Virus record (IMG/VR): IMGVR_UViG_3300042731_007021
Location: 17,162 to 81,161 of that record
DNA from: a virus
DNA length: 64,000 nt
Strand: one strand, 5' to 3'
The stretch's first letter is position 1, and every line of letters starts with the position of its first letter. The translations under genes and the position numbers were made by a program. Shown here one piece after another: positions 39,262 to 48,570 of the stretch. The notes beneath the pieces are model-generated. The model was not told where the DNA came from, searched no databases, and saw only the letters and a list, made by a program, of their open reading frames with translations.

Positions 39262-39780
39262 ATGGCGATAAAAGAAAACTGGCTGAACGAAAACCTGTGC
39301 AGCTTTGATGAAAAGGTACGGGTTGAGTTAGGTCCACAAATCATTGAAATGGAATGCAATGATGACAACCTGAGCGACGCGGTAACCGAGTCTTATTACC
39401 AGACAGGCGGTAGGGATGCGTATGGACGTGTCATTCGCAAATCGGTGGTAGAACAGGAATTGGACAAACATCTGTCTGATAAATCGCTTAACCCGGCGCA
39501 AGTAGCGGTGGCGCGCAAACTTAAACAGGATCTTGCGAAAGATACTTTCGGTGCGGTCGAGAATGGCGAGATGATGGCGGTTGTTGACCGGCAAGCCAAA
39601 TTAGCGCCAATGCTGTGGAAGATCTATCAAAACCAGGACACAGGACGTGTGTACGAAAAAGATCAGCGCGACGGTATCAATAAAGTGGGCGAGCCTATTA
39701 TGCGGTTTGTCAAGGTCGACGAGCGCGAAGACAGGGATGAGGCTCTGGCTATTGCCAAAAACCTTGCAGAGGGGATGTAA
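39262..39780 (+). CDS. Hypothetical protein
   Basis: 172-aa ORF, AGGAG RBS. Confidence 0.7.
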   Translation: MAIKENWLNENLCSFDEKVRVELGPQIIEMECNDDNLSDAVTESYYQTGGRDAYGRVIRKSVVEQELDKHLSDKSLNPAQVAVARKLKQDLAKDTFGAVENGEMMAVVDRQAKLAPMLWKIYQNQDTGRVYEKDQRDGINKVGEPIMRFVKVDEREDRDEALAIAKNLAEGM

Positions 39781-39782
39781 TC

Positions 39783-40163
39783 ATGCCGTATATCAATACC
39801 AATATTTTTGACAATGGGTTGACCACGATTGCTAGCGCAACCGGGCAACGGGTTGATATCAACTACACGCAGGAACCTACAACATATACTGAGGCTACCA
39901 GCACGTATAGTTGCGGAAACGAAACGGCGTTGACTTTGACTGCCATCACAAATCATCCGACCAGCGGACGAGAAGTGAAAACTCCTGCAATTACCGATGG
40001 GGATACAACAGCTAATCAGACGGCGGGCTGGTGGTCTCTGACCAATGCATCGGATACGCTCCATGCCGCAGGCGCGTTATCAGCAGCTCAGGCTGTGACA
40101 TCAGGGAACAAGTTTACACTGGGCGCAATCTCCGTAGCAATTCGTGGCGCTACTGCGGCGTAA
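39783..40163 (+). CDS. Putative virion structural protein
   Basis: FDNGL...QEPTTYTEAT...QAVTSGNKFTL pattern; Thr-rich. Confidence 0.65.
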   Translation: MPYINTNIFDNGLTTIASATGQRVDINYTQEPTTYTEATSTYSCGNETALTLTAITNHPTSGREVKTPAITDGDTTANQTAGWWSLTNASDTLHAAGALSAAQAVTSGNKFTLGAISVAIRGATAA

Positions 40164-40169
40164 GCACTC

Positions 40170-40206
40170 ACCGGCCCGGAGCCTGACTGGAGCCGGGCCG
40201 GTTTTT
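40170..40206 (+). terminator. Rho-independent terminator
   Basis: accggcccgg-N12-ccgggccggt followed by tttt. Confidence 0.7.
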
Positions 40207-40229
40207 ACAAAATAAACGCGGGGTGTTAA

Positions 40230-41609
40230 ATGACGTTAAACGCCGCAAATCACACGATGATGCTGGAGGGTAGCGGTGATGTTACACACATCGGTAATCC
40301 TGATTTCATTCTGCATGTAAAAAATTCACACCGGATTATCACCGCCAGTAATGAGTCGTGGCAACCGCTTGGAGTGCACTCCAGCTCCATTGCCGCCCAA
40401 ATCACAGTGGCTACCGCCAAATCATATCTGGACGATCTGGTTGCTAACGGGATTAATGCTATATCCTGTATGGTGCCTCAGAGTCTTTTTACGGATAATA
40501 CTCCGACATGGAACAATGAGGACGGCAATCCGCCATTTGACTCAGTAGTACCGTCAACCTCGTCGCTGGATTTTACCGATCCGAATTCTGCCTATTGGGC
40601 CAATGTGGACGAGATCATCAACTACGCGGCCACGAAGGGTATTATGTGTGGTTTAGCCTGCTGTTTCCTCGGTAATAGTTTCGGGTCAGAGGGGTGGGCA
40701 ACGCACATATCAGATAATGGCACAACACGAATGCAAGCTTACGGCGAGTGGTTGGGTAATCGTTATAAGGATTACCCAAATATATTTTGGATAATCGGCG
40801 GAGATGAGCATCCTGATTACGGCCCTGATCTGACCTCTCATATGGACTCTGTCGCGAATGGAATAAAAACCTACGATAAGCGGCATTTAATGACCGCACA
40901 CGGCAAGGATAACAATTCATCCTTAGATGACTATCCCGGTAAATCATGGCTCGACATTAACCTGAATTATTCTCTCCCATGGTCAAGTATATGCGCTCAA
41001 ATAAGGGGCGATTATCAGGAAACATCACCTTTGCCTGTTGTTCAGGGTGAGACGACATTCGGCAATCAGGATGGGCAAACTGATCTAGGCGTAATGAGAT
41101 CGGTCTATCAAGGTATATTACACGGTGGTTTTGGTCATTTTGCAGGTATGGCTCCGCTTTGGGGATTCGGCTGTTCTGCTATGGATGTGGTTAAAAATGA
41201 TGGTACCTATACATGGCAGCAGACCGTTAATCCAGGGCATTACGGATTTCAATACTTACAATATGCGAGACGATTGCAGGTAGCACGTGATTTACCCGAG
41301 CTAACACCTGACTACGCTGGAACTTTCGTAACAGCGGGAAAAGGAACGGAAGGTTCGTCTTATTCCCCGGTCGTCGCGGATTCGACTCAATTAGTGGCGT
41401 TTTGCAATCAAGGCGCGGATTTAACGGTCGACCTGTCTCAATTTGACGGGAGTTTAACAGCTCGCTGGTTTGACCCAACGGATGGCAGTGTGACTACTGA
41501 CGGAGGCAGCCCATACACAAACTCAGGGTCAAACCAATTCACAACACCAGATAGTGGGGACTGGGTATTGTTGCTGGATCTCGTATCTTTAGGGTTGGGT
41601 GATCCGTGA
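40230..41609 (+). CDS. DUF4038/apiosidase-like TIM-barrel glycoside hydrolase with C-terminal collagen-binding-like domain
   Basis: PNSAYWANVDEII, YGEWLGNRYKDYPNIFWIIGGD, HLMTAH, PVVQGE, ARWFDPTDG...DWVLLL. Confidence 0.75.
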   Translation: MTLNAANHTMMLEGSGDVTHIGNPDFILHVKNSHRIITASNESWQPLGVHSSSIAAQITVATAKSYLDDLVANGINAISCMVPQSLFTDNTPTWNNEDGNPPFDSVVPSTSSLDFTDPNSAYWANVDEIINYAATKGIMCGLACCFLGNSFGSEGWATHISDNGTTRMQAYGEWLGNRYKDYPNIFWIIGGDEHPDYGPDLTSHMDSVANGIKTYDKRHLMTAHGKDNNSSLDDYPGKSWLDINLNYSLPWSSICAQIRGDYQETSPLPVVQGETTFGNQDGQTDLGVMRSVYQGILHGGFGHFAGMAPLWGFGCSAMDVVKNDGTYTWQQTVNPGHYGFQYLQYARRLQVARDLPELTPDYAGTFVTAGKGTEGSSYSPVVADSTQLVAFCNQGADLTVDLSQFDGSLTARWFDPTDGSVTTDGGSPYTNSGSNQFTTPDSGDWVLLLDLVSLGLGDP

Positions 41610-44116
41610 CAGTCGTTGTCGGCAATAATGGCTCAGCTTTCGATACCGGGGCTGTCGCCAGTCTGGAAACCGCGTCGTTTTCGGTATCAGGTACAAATCG
41701 TCTATTAGTTGCGTTTGCCGGTAACGGCAGCGGCACGACCAATGTCAACTCGTTGAATTGGGGCGGCTCAGGCGGCGACGCGATCAATGATTACGCTGGC
41801 AATCTAGTATCAATGGATTTGCGCGCTCAGATCGCGCCAACAGTACAAACATCCACAGCCTATGCATCATGGGCATCCGCGCAGCCAGAACCAGGGTTAC
41901 TTGCGGTCAATCTGACTGGCGTTGATCAAACGACCTCAGTACGCGATCAAAGCGGCAGCGATATCGCGTCAAACAGCGGAACCGGAACCACTGCATCCTT
42001 AACAATTAACACATCCACGGCAGGCGATGGCGATCTCGTTGTCGCTGTCTGTGCTGGCGTCTGGTCGAATTCAGGCGCACACACATTAACATTTGAAGAC
42101 GCCAACGAGATAGATCAGGTCCAAACTGGCGAGGTCTATTATTCAATGGCCTACAAACAGGCCACGGGCAGCACAACCACGCTACAGTGGACATTATCAG
42201 GCAGCCAGTTATCCGGTTGGTATGTTGTCGGATTTGCCGTCATACCTGCGGCGGCGGGGTATGATTTAACACCTGTCAGCGCAGAGTCAGCTAGTGAGGT
42301 TAGTTCACCGACCCTTGGCGTGATCTATGGTCTAGCAGCAACCAGCGTAGAATCAGCCAGTGAAGTCAGCTCTCCTACCCTTGGTGTGCAGGGGACGTAT
42401 GATTTAACAGCAACCAGTGTTGAATCGGTTTCTGAAGTCACCAGCCCAGATATTGGGCTGGTATATCAATTAACAGCCACTAGCGTTGAATCTGCATCAG
42501 AAGTTTCTAGCCCTACCGTCAGTGTGCAGGGGACATATGATTTAACATCTGTCAACGTTGAATCTGCAAGCGAAGTAAGTTCTCCGGAATTACACCCATT
42601 CACCGGATATAACCTGACATTCTTCACGGTTGATTATGCTGATTTCGACCCGGAATCTCCGTTTTTTGGCGATGCCACCTATCAGAACATAGTGTCTGGA
42701 GACGCCTGTCACTACGAGCATACAACACCGGAGGATGGTCTTTCAGTAAGTATGTCCGGTACGGGTAAGTTCACGTGGTCTGGAACCCAAACACAGCAGA
42801 ATACTATAGATTTTGAGATATTCGACGCCAGCGATTTCACCTACGGCACAGCCGGGACGATTTATCTTGCGGTATCATGGGGGGAGCAAGGTGTCGAGTC
42901 TGCTGCTGAGGTATCAAGCCCGGCTCTTGGTATCATATATCAACTGGATGCGGTCAGTGTAGAATCGGATTCAGAGGTATCAAGCCCCACTGTTGGACTC
43001 ATATATAACCTCACAGCGACCAGCGTCGAGTCTACCACTGAGGTATCAAGTCCCACTATTGGGCTCATATATGACCTCACAGCAACCAGTGTAGAATCGG
43101 ATTCAGAGGTATCAAGCCAGGCTCTTGGACTCATATACAATCTGACGGCTGTCAGTGCTGAAGCTGTAAGCGAAGTGTCATCCCCTGTTTTAGGGATAAT
43201 TGGAATCTATGACCTGAATCCAGTCAGTGTCGAGTCTGATTCAAAGGTTTCCAGCCCTACGCTAACGCAAAACCATCAATTAACCGCGATCAGTGTCGAG
43301 TCTGCGTCAGAGGTTTCCAGCCCGGCACTTGGAAATATTTATAGCATCACAGCAACCTGTGTTGAGGATGGTGAAGCGCAAAGCGCAAATATTCAGACGC
43401 TGGTGCAGATAACTGCAGACCAGTATGAAACTGACGATACTCAGAATAGCAGTGTCCAGGTGGTTGCCAGCGTCTCTGCAAGCCAAACGGAAGCGGATGA
43501 AACTCAAAATGCCAACCTTAATGCAACCAATGCCATCAACCTGGCATTTACCCAGGTTGAGGAAGAGGAAACAACCAACCTCAACCTCAGCTCTACTGTA
43601 TCTCTCAGCATGCCGCAAATTGAAAATGGTGAGGCGCAAAACTCTGATTTCAGCGTATCGGCGTCGCTCGGTGCGGCTCAGACCGAAGAAGTTGATACCC
43701 AGTCAGTTAATTTACAGGTCCAAACGTCAATGACGTTCAGCCAGATGGAGGGGGATGATTCCCAGTCAGTAGGTTTTGACGTATTGGTTGGCCTGTCGAT
43801 GACACAAACAGAGGTTGTGGAAGCTCAGACATTGAGCCTCAACGCCACTGACACTCGCAGCCTGTCGTTTGGCATCATAGAGGGCGGAGAAACCCAGGTA
43901 TTCAATCTCAGTGTTCCGGTTAACGTATCGATGGCTCAGACTGAAGCTTTTGAAGACCAGACAGCAAACTTAGCTACCACCCTATCGTTGGCTTTCAATT
44001 TGACAGAAAGTGCGGATGTACAATCTGCTCACTTTCTAGCAGGCGTCTACGATCTAAACTCCATAACACAGACTGTCCGCATCCCAAGGACTAAGACCTT
44101 AAGGATCCCTTCTTGA
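41606..44116 (+). CDS. Repeat-rich virion fibre/appendage protein
   Basis: About a dozen ~22-aa YxLTATSVESxSEVSSPxLG repeats, then ~20-aa QxExxExQ repeats. Confidence 0.75.
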   Translation: MTVVVGNNGSAFDTGAVASLETASFSVSGTNRLLVAFAGNGSGTTNVNSLNWGGSGGDAINDYAGNLVSMDLRAQIAPTVQTSTAYASWASAQPEPGLLAVNLTGVDQTTSVRDQSGSDIASNSGTGTTASLTINTSTAGDGDLVVAVCAGVWSNSGAHTLTFEDANEIDQVQTGEVYYSMAYKQATGSTTTLQWTLSGSQLSGWYVVGFAVIPAAAGYDLTPVSAESASEVSSPTLGVIYGLAATSVESASEVSSPTLGVQGTYDLTATSVESVSEVTSPDIGLVYQLTATSVESASEVSSPTVSVQGTYDLTSVNVESASEVSSPELHPFTGYNLTFFTVDYADFDPESPFFGDATYQNIVSGDACHYEHTTPEDGLSVSMSGTGKFTWSGTQTQQNTIDFEIFDASDFTYGTAGTIYLAVSWGEQGVESAAEVSSPALGIIYQLDAVSVESDSEVSSPTVGLIYNLTATSVESTTEVSSPTIGLIYDLTATSVESDSEVSSQALGLIYNLTAVSAEAVSEVSSPVLGIIGIYDLNPVSVESDSKVSSPTLTQNHQLTAISVESASEVSSPALGNIYSITATCVEDGEAQSANIQTLVQITADQYETDDTQNSSVQVVASVSASQTEADETQNANLNATNAINLAFTQVEEEETTNLNLSSTVSLSMPQIENGEAQNSDFSVSASLGAAQTEEVDTQSVNLQVQTSMTFSQMEGDDSQSVGFDVLVGLSMTQTEVVEAQTLSLNATDTRSLSFGIIEGGETQVFNLSVPVNVSMAQTEAFEDQTANLATTLSLAFNLTESADVQSAHFLAGVYDLNSITQTVRIPRTKTLRIPS

Positions 44117-44182
44117 CCAGTTGAATAAAGCCATCCCTTGGCTTATCATGCCTGTAAACTTAAAATCTGAAGGTATTGTAGT

Positions 44183-44476
44183 GTGAGCAGAACCGTCACA
44201 TGGAAAAAAAATCTTAAGTTGGATCCTAAAGATGTCAGTGACGACTACTTATTGGCGATTGATTGGTCTGACAAACTTGGTACTGACACAATAGTAAGCG
44301 CCGACGTCTCTTCAGATTCTGGAATTACTACTACGGTGTATAGCAGTACTGACACCACCTCTATTATATTGATAAGCGGGGGTGAGGATGGCAAATCTTA
44401 CACAGTTACTGCTAAAGTATACACTGCAGTGCAGCATTTTGAGCGATCGGTAATTGTACCGGTCGAGGAACTGTAA
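44183..44476 (+). CDS. Putative fibre-tail adaptor protein
   Basis: LDPKD..DYLLAIDWS...ISGGEDGKSYTVT...ERS motif. Confidence 0.65.
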   Translation: MSRTVTWKKNLKLDPKDVSDDYLLAIDWSDKLGTDTIVSADVSSDSGITTTVYSSTDTTSIILISGGEDGKSYTVTAKVYTAVQHFERSVIVPVEEL

Positions 44477-44495
44477 ACAAACCTTCGAGGTAAGC

Positions 44496-44690
44496 ATGTT
44501 AGACGATATCATTGAAGCTGTAGAGAGTTTTGAAAAACTGAACCAGTCAGAACTCAGCCAACGTAATGTCTCCGGACTGTTCAAGATCAAGGCTGAGTTG
44601 GAGTTATTGAAGTCAGCATTTCCTGAAAAGAAGAAATCGGCCAAGAAGACTCTGAAAGTGGGGGTTGAAGAAGGTGAAGGCGGGGATTAA
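44496..44690 (+). CDS. Hypothetical protein
   Basis: GAGGT RBS before MLDDII. Confidence 0.55.
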   Translation: MLDDIIEAVESFEKLNQSELSQRNVSGLFKIKAELELLKSAFPEKKKSAKKTLKVGVEEGEGGD

Positions 44691-44941
44691 AAGTGCTCTT
44701 CACTTGAATCTCCTTCCAACTGCTCCGTATACCGCAGAAGAGCCTGCTCATTAAGACGACGCTGTATCTCTTCAACACTGTCCCTGAGAAAATCTATATT
44801 GCAAGTGTGGTCCTGCAATTCTCCGTCGTCATAATAAGTCTGACAAGAGGCTGAGTGGCATAAAAACAGGATTCTCCTTAATTCCAACTCTGTTTCAGGG
44901 ATGTCAGGAAACTTTCCCCCCATCAGCTTAAACATAGTCAC
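44687..44941 (-). CDS. Hypothetical phage protein
   Basis: YYDDGELQD..IDFLRD motif; last gene of the replication operon. Confidence 0.7.
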   Translation of the reverse strand: MTMFKLMGGKFPDIPETELELRRILFLCHSASCQTYYDDGELQDHTCNIDFLRDSVEEIQRRLNEQALLRYTEQLEGDSSEEHF

Positions 44942-47076
44942 ATCTCAATAACATTTGCAGCCACGCCCCTGTCCGATTCCCGGTGTGTGACCATCAACAC
45001 TTGGCCATGCCCCAGAAGAGCCCCAGACAGCCGCATAGCATTTTCTTCCCGCATTGACTCGGTAGGCTCGTCTAACACAACAAGCGGCATTGACGCCCTC
45101 AGGGACGACGACAGGGCCAACCTTACCGCAACCCCTATGAATCCTTTCTGAGCCCCTGAGGCAGCCGCTACTGGTGCGTAGGTGCCATCTTCGCAGAACA
45201 TGAAGCCCCGCTTTTCGTCTTTAGATAAGGCAGTTATCTTGCCACTGGTGGCTTGATTCAAAAAATCTGAAGCAGTCGATAATATGTTAACCCACACAGA
45301 TGATAAAAATTTGACTCTGGATTCCTTCAAATATTTGACAAATGACTTCAAGGTTTTTACTTCTTTCAATGAGGCCTCAAACTTCTTCTCATCTTCAAGA
45401 ACCGTCTTCCAGTTTTGAACACTGGCTTCTGCCTTGGCCAGGTCGGTGGACAATTTAACCAACTTCGGGTTCAATGAGTCTATTGCCTGGTCGGCCAATT
45501 CCAGGTCGGTCAACACAGTATTGAGGTCAGATTCAGAGACAGATATTTTTCTCAAAGCCTCGACAATTTCAGACATTTTTGTTGAATTGCTGTCGACCCT
45601 TATCTTCAACTTGTCCATTTCCTGCTTCACAATATTGATATTGGACACCAATCCTCTCCTTTCTGCCAATTGGGTCCTCAAGGTTTCCAGGTCCACCTCT
45701 TCCCTTTCAATGGAACTTGGGTCGGATAGGGTTGTGGAGGCCAATTCGTCGGCAAGTTCTGCGGCTTCTTCACTCCATTGTTTAGCTTTCACCGCCCAGT
45801 TTTTGTATCCAGAGGTGCGGGCTGATATGGCCGCATCAGATTCCGCCTTGAGCCTTAAAACCTCAGCTTCAAGCACACTGTATTGGGCTTGAATTTCTTC
45901 CATATCTGATTCCAGCGAACTCAGACTAGCGCGATGCTTTTCCAACGTATCCTGGGATGCTATATCCTGACCACAACATTTACAGATTCCTGACTCAATG
46001 GCTTTCTTCAGGTCGGCAGCTTGAGATTCAAGGCCGCTATACAAGTGTTCCAGTTTTTCAAGTTCTTGATTTTTTGAATCGAAAGCATGGACGGCTTTCT
46101 CTTCAGCGTCTATAAGCTTTTTGTCAGATTTGATATGTGGTTTAGCATCTTCTGCATTGATAAGTAGCGTCTGCATCCTCTCATTTTTTTCTCCGGCTAC
46201 TTGTATTTCTTGCTTGGCTTTTTCCAACGCATCCTTACGCTCGCGGTAATCGGATTCAGAGATTTCCCTGATTTCAGTTAACTGGCTCTCCAGTCGTATA
46301 AGGTTGACTTTATTGTCGTCATAACTCACTGAAGCAGCATCCAGTCGCTCCTGAATAACTGCCTTCTCTGAGCGCAATTCCTCAGCTTCCGTCAACTGTT
46401 TACGGATAGCGGCTTCACGCACTTTGCTGGCTGCCTTCGACGTTTGATGATGGGCCAAAGTCGTCTCGCACTCTTCTTTGTCCAATTTCAGCGTAGCGCT
46501 ATCCTTTTCAGCCTGCTTCAATAATTTACTGACAGTCTTCACACCTCCTTGCGATTCAAACAACTCGACCTCCCGTTCCAGGCCGATTATGTCTTGAGAG
46601 GCCAACTTGATCACCGAATCAATAAATTCCACCCCGGAAAACTTTTCAACATCCCGCTGAAGCTGGGTAGCCCCGATAGTCAAAAGCCCAGCGGTTTCCC
46701 CCTGCTCAGACCAATTCAACATCTTGAAGCCATTCAGGTCTACGTTGGCCAATTCTTTGACAATGTAGTCATTCGACGGTGTGTTGCCGGATGCAACCAG
46801 TTCTCCGCCTTTTTTGACTGAGCAATTATTGATCGTTCTTATTATCTCGAAGTCGCCAAGAGAGCAGGTTACCTTCGCGTTTTTCTCCCCCCAGGTTGCG
46901 ATGTCCTCAGACTTTCCAGGGATGGCCCGGACGCCATATAAGGCGAACGACAAGGCCTGAGTAAGGGTGGTCTTGCCGGCCGCATTGTCCCCGCAAATAA
47001 TATTGAGCCCGTCGGTAAACTCGTAGGTTCCGTTTACCAGCTTTTTGAAATTCTCTGTTTTGATGGATCTAAGCAT
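44938..47076 (-). CDS. SbcC/Rad50-like ATPase
   Basis: GDNAAGKT Walker A, coiled coils, CKCC zinc hook, ASGAQ signature, VLDEPT Walker B, VTH; start revised to MLRSIK. Confidence 0.9.
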   Translation of the reverse strand: MLRSIKTENFKKLVNGTYEFTDGLNIICGDNAAGKTTLTQALSFALYGVRAIPGKSEDIATWGEKNAKVTCSLGDFEIIRTINNCSVKKGGELVASGNTPSNDYIVKELANVDLNGFKMLNWSEQGETAGLLTIGATQLQRDVEKFSGVEFIDSVIKLASQDIIGLEREVELFESQGGVKTVSKLLKQAEKDSATLKLDKEECETTLAHHQTSKAASKVREAAIRKQLTEAEELRSEKAVIQERLDAASVSYDDNKVNLIRLESQLTEIREISESDYRERKDALEKAKQEIQVAGEKNERMQTLLINAEDAKPHIKSDKKLIDAEEKAVHAFDSKNQELEKLEHLYSGLESQAADLKKAIESGICKCCGQDIASQDTLEKHRASLSSLESDMEEIQAQYSVLEAEVLRLKAESDAAISARTSGYKNWAVKAKQWSEEAAELADELASTTLSDPSSIEREEVDLETLRTQLAERRGLVSNINIVKQEMDKLKIRVDSNSTKMSEIVEALRKISVSESDLNTVLTDLELADQAIDSLNPKLVKLSTDLAKAEASVQNWKTVLEDEKKFEASLKEVKTLKSFVKYLKESRVKFLSSVWVNILSTASDFLNQATSGKITALSKDEKRGFMFCEDGTYAPVAAASGAQKGFIGVAVRLALSSSLRASMPLVVLDEPTESMREENAMRLSGALLGHGQVLMVTHRESDRGVAANVIEM

Positions 47077-48106
47077 TGGCTTTTTTCCCATATTTTTCCC
47101 AAAGAGCCTGCATGTCAGTACCTTCAAGTTCCTTGCCTATGATCTTCGGCAAGTTCTCGAAGTCAACGGCCTCTACAGAAGATTGAGAATCCAGTTTAAT
47201 AGTGACGTTATTGCGGATCATGAGGGGGGATCCCTGCTCCCAACAATCGGCTATGAACTTAGCTAATTCTGCTCCTCGATCGGCAGGTACAGTGCCCACT
47301 ATGTCGATGAATTCGGCTGCTTCCGGCATTTTCTGGGCAGGTTTACTGAAATCTATTTCAGTGTAGCCATACACCATGTCCCACACTTTTTCCTTTCCCA
47401 ACGAATCGTCAGTCAAATGCCACACAAACTTGTCAGAAATATCCGAAAACGACGTAGGATGGATGCACCCGGTAATGATCAACCTGCCGTCCAGCAATTC
47501 TCTGGGCTGGTGCTCATGTCCCATAAAGATGTAGTCAGACACTTTCAGAAGCTTTAAGGCCTGGACCTTGGTCAAGTTGAGAGCGGTATCGCTTTCAACA
47601 GCCATTTCATTTTCATAGTTACAGTGCAGAAATACGGCGCGGAGGTCTTTGCCGGAGTCGGCAACTAGCCTGATAGACTCGTCAAACAAATCCTGGTTGG
47701 CCTGGTGAGGTATGAAAGCCAGTTCTTTAGTAACGCCCTCAAGCACCCCGTATTCGACGTATGGGTTCCCAAATTCTTCAGGTTTGACGAACGAGGTGGA
47801 GCGCATAAGGTGCGATGCCACGTCGAAGGAACCACAGTTGTCGCTCTGGTTAACACTGTCATGGTTACCGAAAAGAACAACGTCACAGTGAATTGCGGCA
47901 TCGCAGGCCTTCAGTATGTCGTCCTCCGAATTGCTGAACGAGTTGAACAGGTCTCCAACATGGACTACCGATTCAGCTTCCGCAGAGCAATCATAAGTAT
48001 GCTGGAACAACCTCTGCTTCAGCGCCGCCCTCGATTTGGCTGTGGTATGTGCTTTTCGCTCCAGCCCCAAATGAGTATCGCTTAATATTGTAATTCCCGG
48101 CTTCAT
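47069..48106 (-). CDS. SbcD/Mre11-like metallophosphoesterase nuclease
   Basis: SDTHLG, VGDLF, GNHD, GHEH motifs; start revised to MKPGI. Confidence 0.9.
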   Translation of the reverse strand: MKPGITILSDTHLGLERKAHTTAKSRAALKQRLFQHTYDCSAEAESVVHVGDLFNSFSNSEDDILKACDAAIHCDVVLFGNHDSVNQSDNCGSFDVASHLMRSTSFVKPEEFGNPYVEYGVLEGVTKELAFIPHQANQDLFDESIRLVADSGKDLRAVFLHCNYENEMAVESDTALNLTKVQALKLLKVSDYIFMGHEHQPRELLDGRLIITGCIHPTSFSDISDKFVWHLTDDSLGKEKVWDMVYGYTEIDFSKPAQKMPEAAEFIDIVGTVPADRGAELAKFIADCWEQGSPLMIRNNVTIKLDSQSSVEAVDFENLPKIIGKELEGTDMQALWEKYGKKANA

Positions 48107-48570
48107 CTCAGTATCTCCGCCCCAATCAGGATCGTCTCTTTCAGGGTTTCTATACTGCCGACAGACGCTGGCCACAGCCTCTTATCAACAGGGCGTCCTT
48201 CCGCCCTCAACTTGGACAACGGTTCTGAATTCCATAGCTCAACGCACTCGTCCAGATAGTGGCAAAACAGCAGGATTGTACGACTGCCGCCTCGCTGCCA
48301 CTTACGGTGCTGGGCTGCCTGTTTCTTTGGAAACAGGGCTGAGAAGCCGGAACGCAGGTTGTCGTAGGCTTCAGAACACTTACACTCAATCAGGAACGGG
48401 GTGCCTCGCCATATCAGCAGAAAATCAGCAGGCTGCGCCGGTATCAGATTCCTGGCAGCATGACTATCAGGAAACCGGTGATACGTTGCAGGGTGGCGTT
48501 CTTGAATTTCGTGAAGAGCATCCTTAACCTCACCCTCAAACCATTTTCCTATATCAGTCCTGCTGTTCAC
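48103..48570 (-). CDS. Holliday junction resolvase-like PD-(D/E)xK nuclease (RecU-like)
   Basis: GKWFE...PADF...IECK; GTG start at 48570 with GGAGG RBS. Confidence 0.75.
   Translation of the reverse strand: MNSRTDIGKWFEGEVKDALHEIQERHPATYHRFPDSHAARNLIPAQPADFLLIWRGTPFLIECKCSEAYDNLRSGFSALFPKKQAAQHRKWQRGGSRTILLFCHYLDECVELWNSEPLSKLRAEGRPVDKRLWPASVGSIETLKETILIGAEILR

Noticed and set aside
42250-43340. Nucleotide repeats as a diversity-generating retroelement TR/VR pair
   Set aside because: They encode in-frame protein repeats, differences are not adenine-specific, and no reverse transcriptase is present
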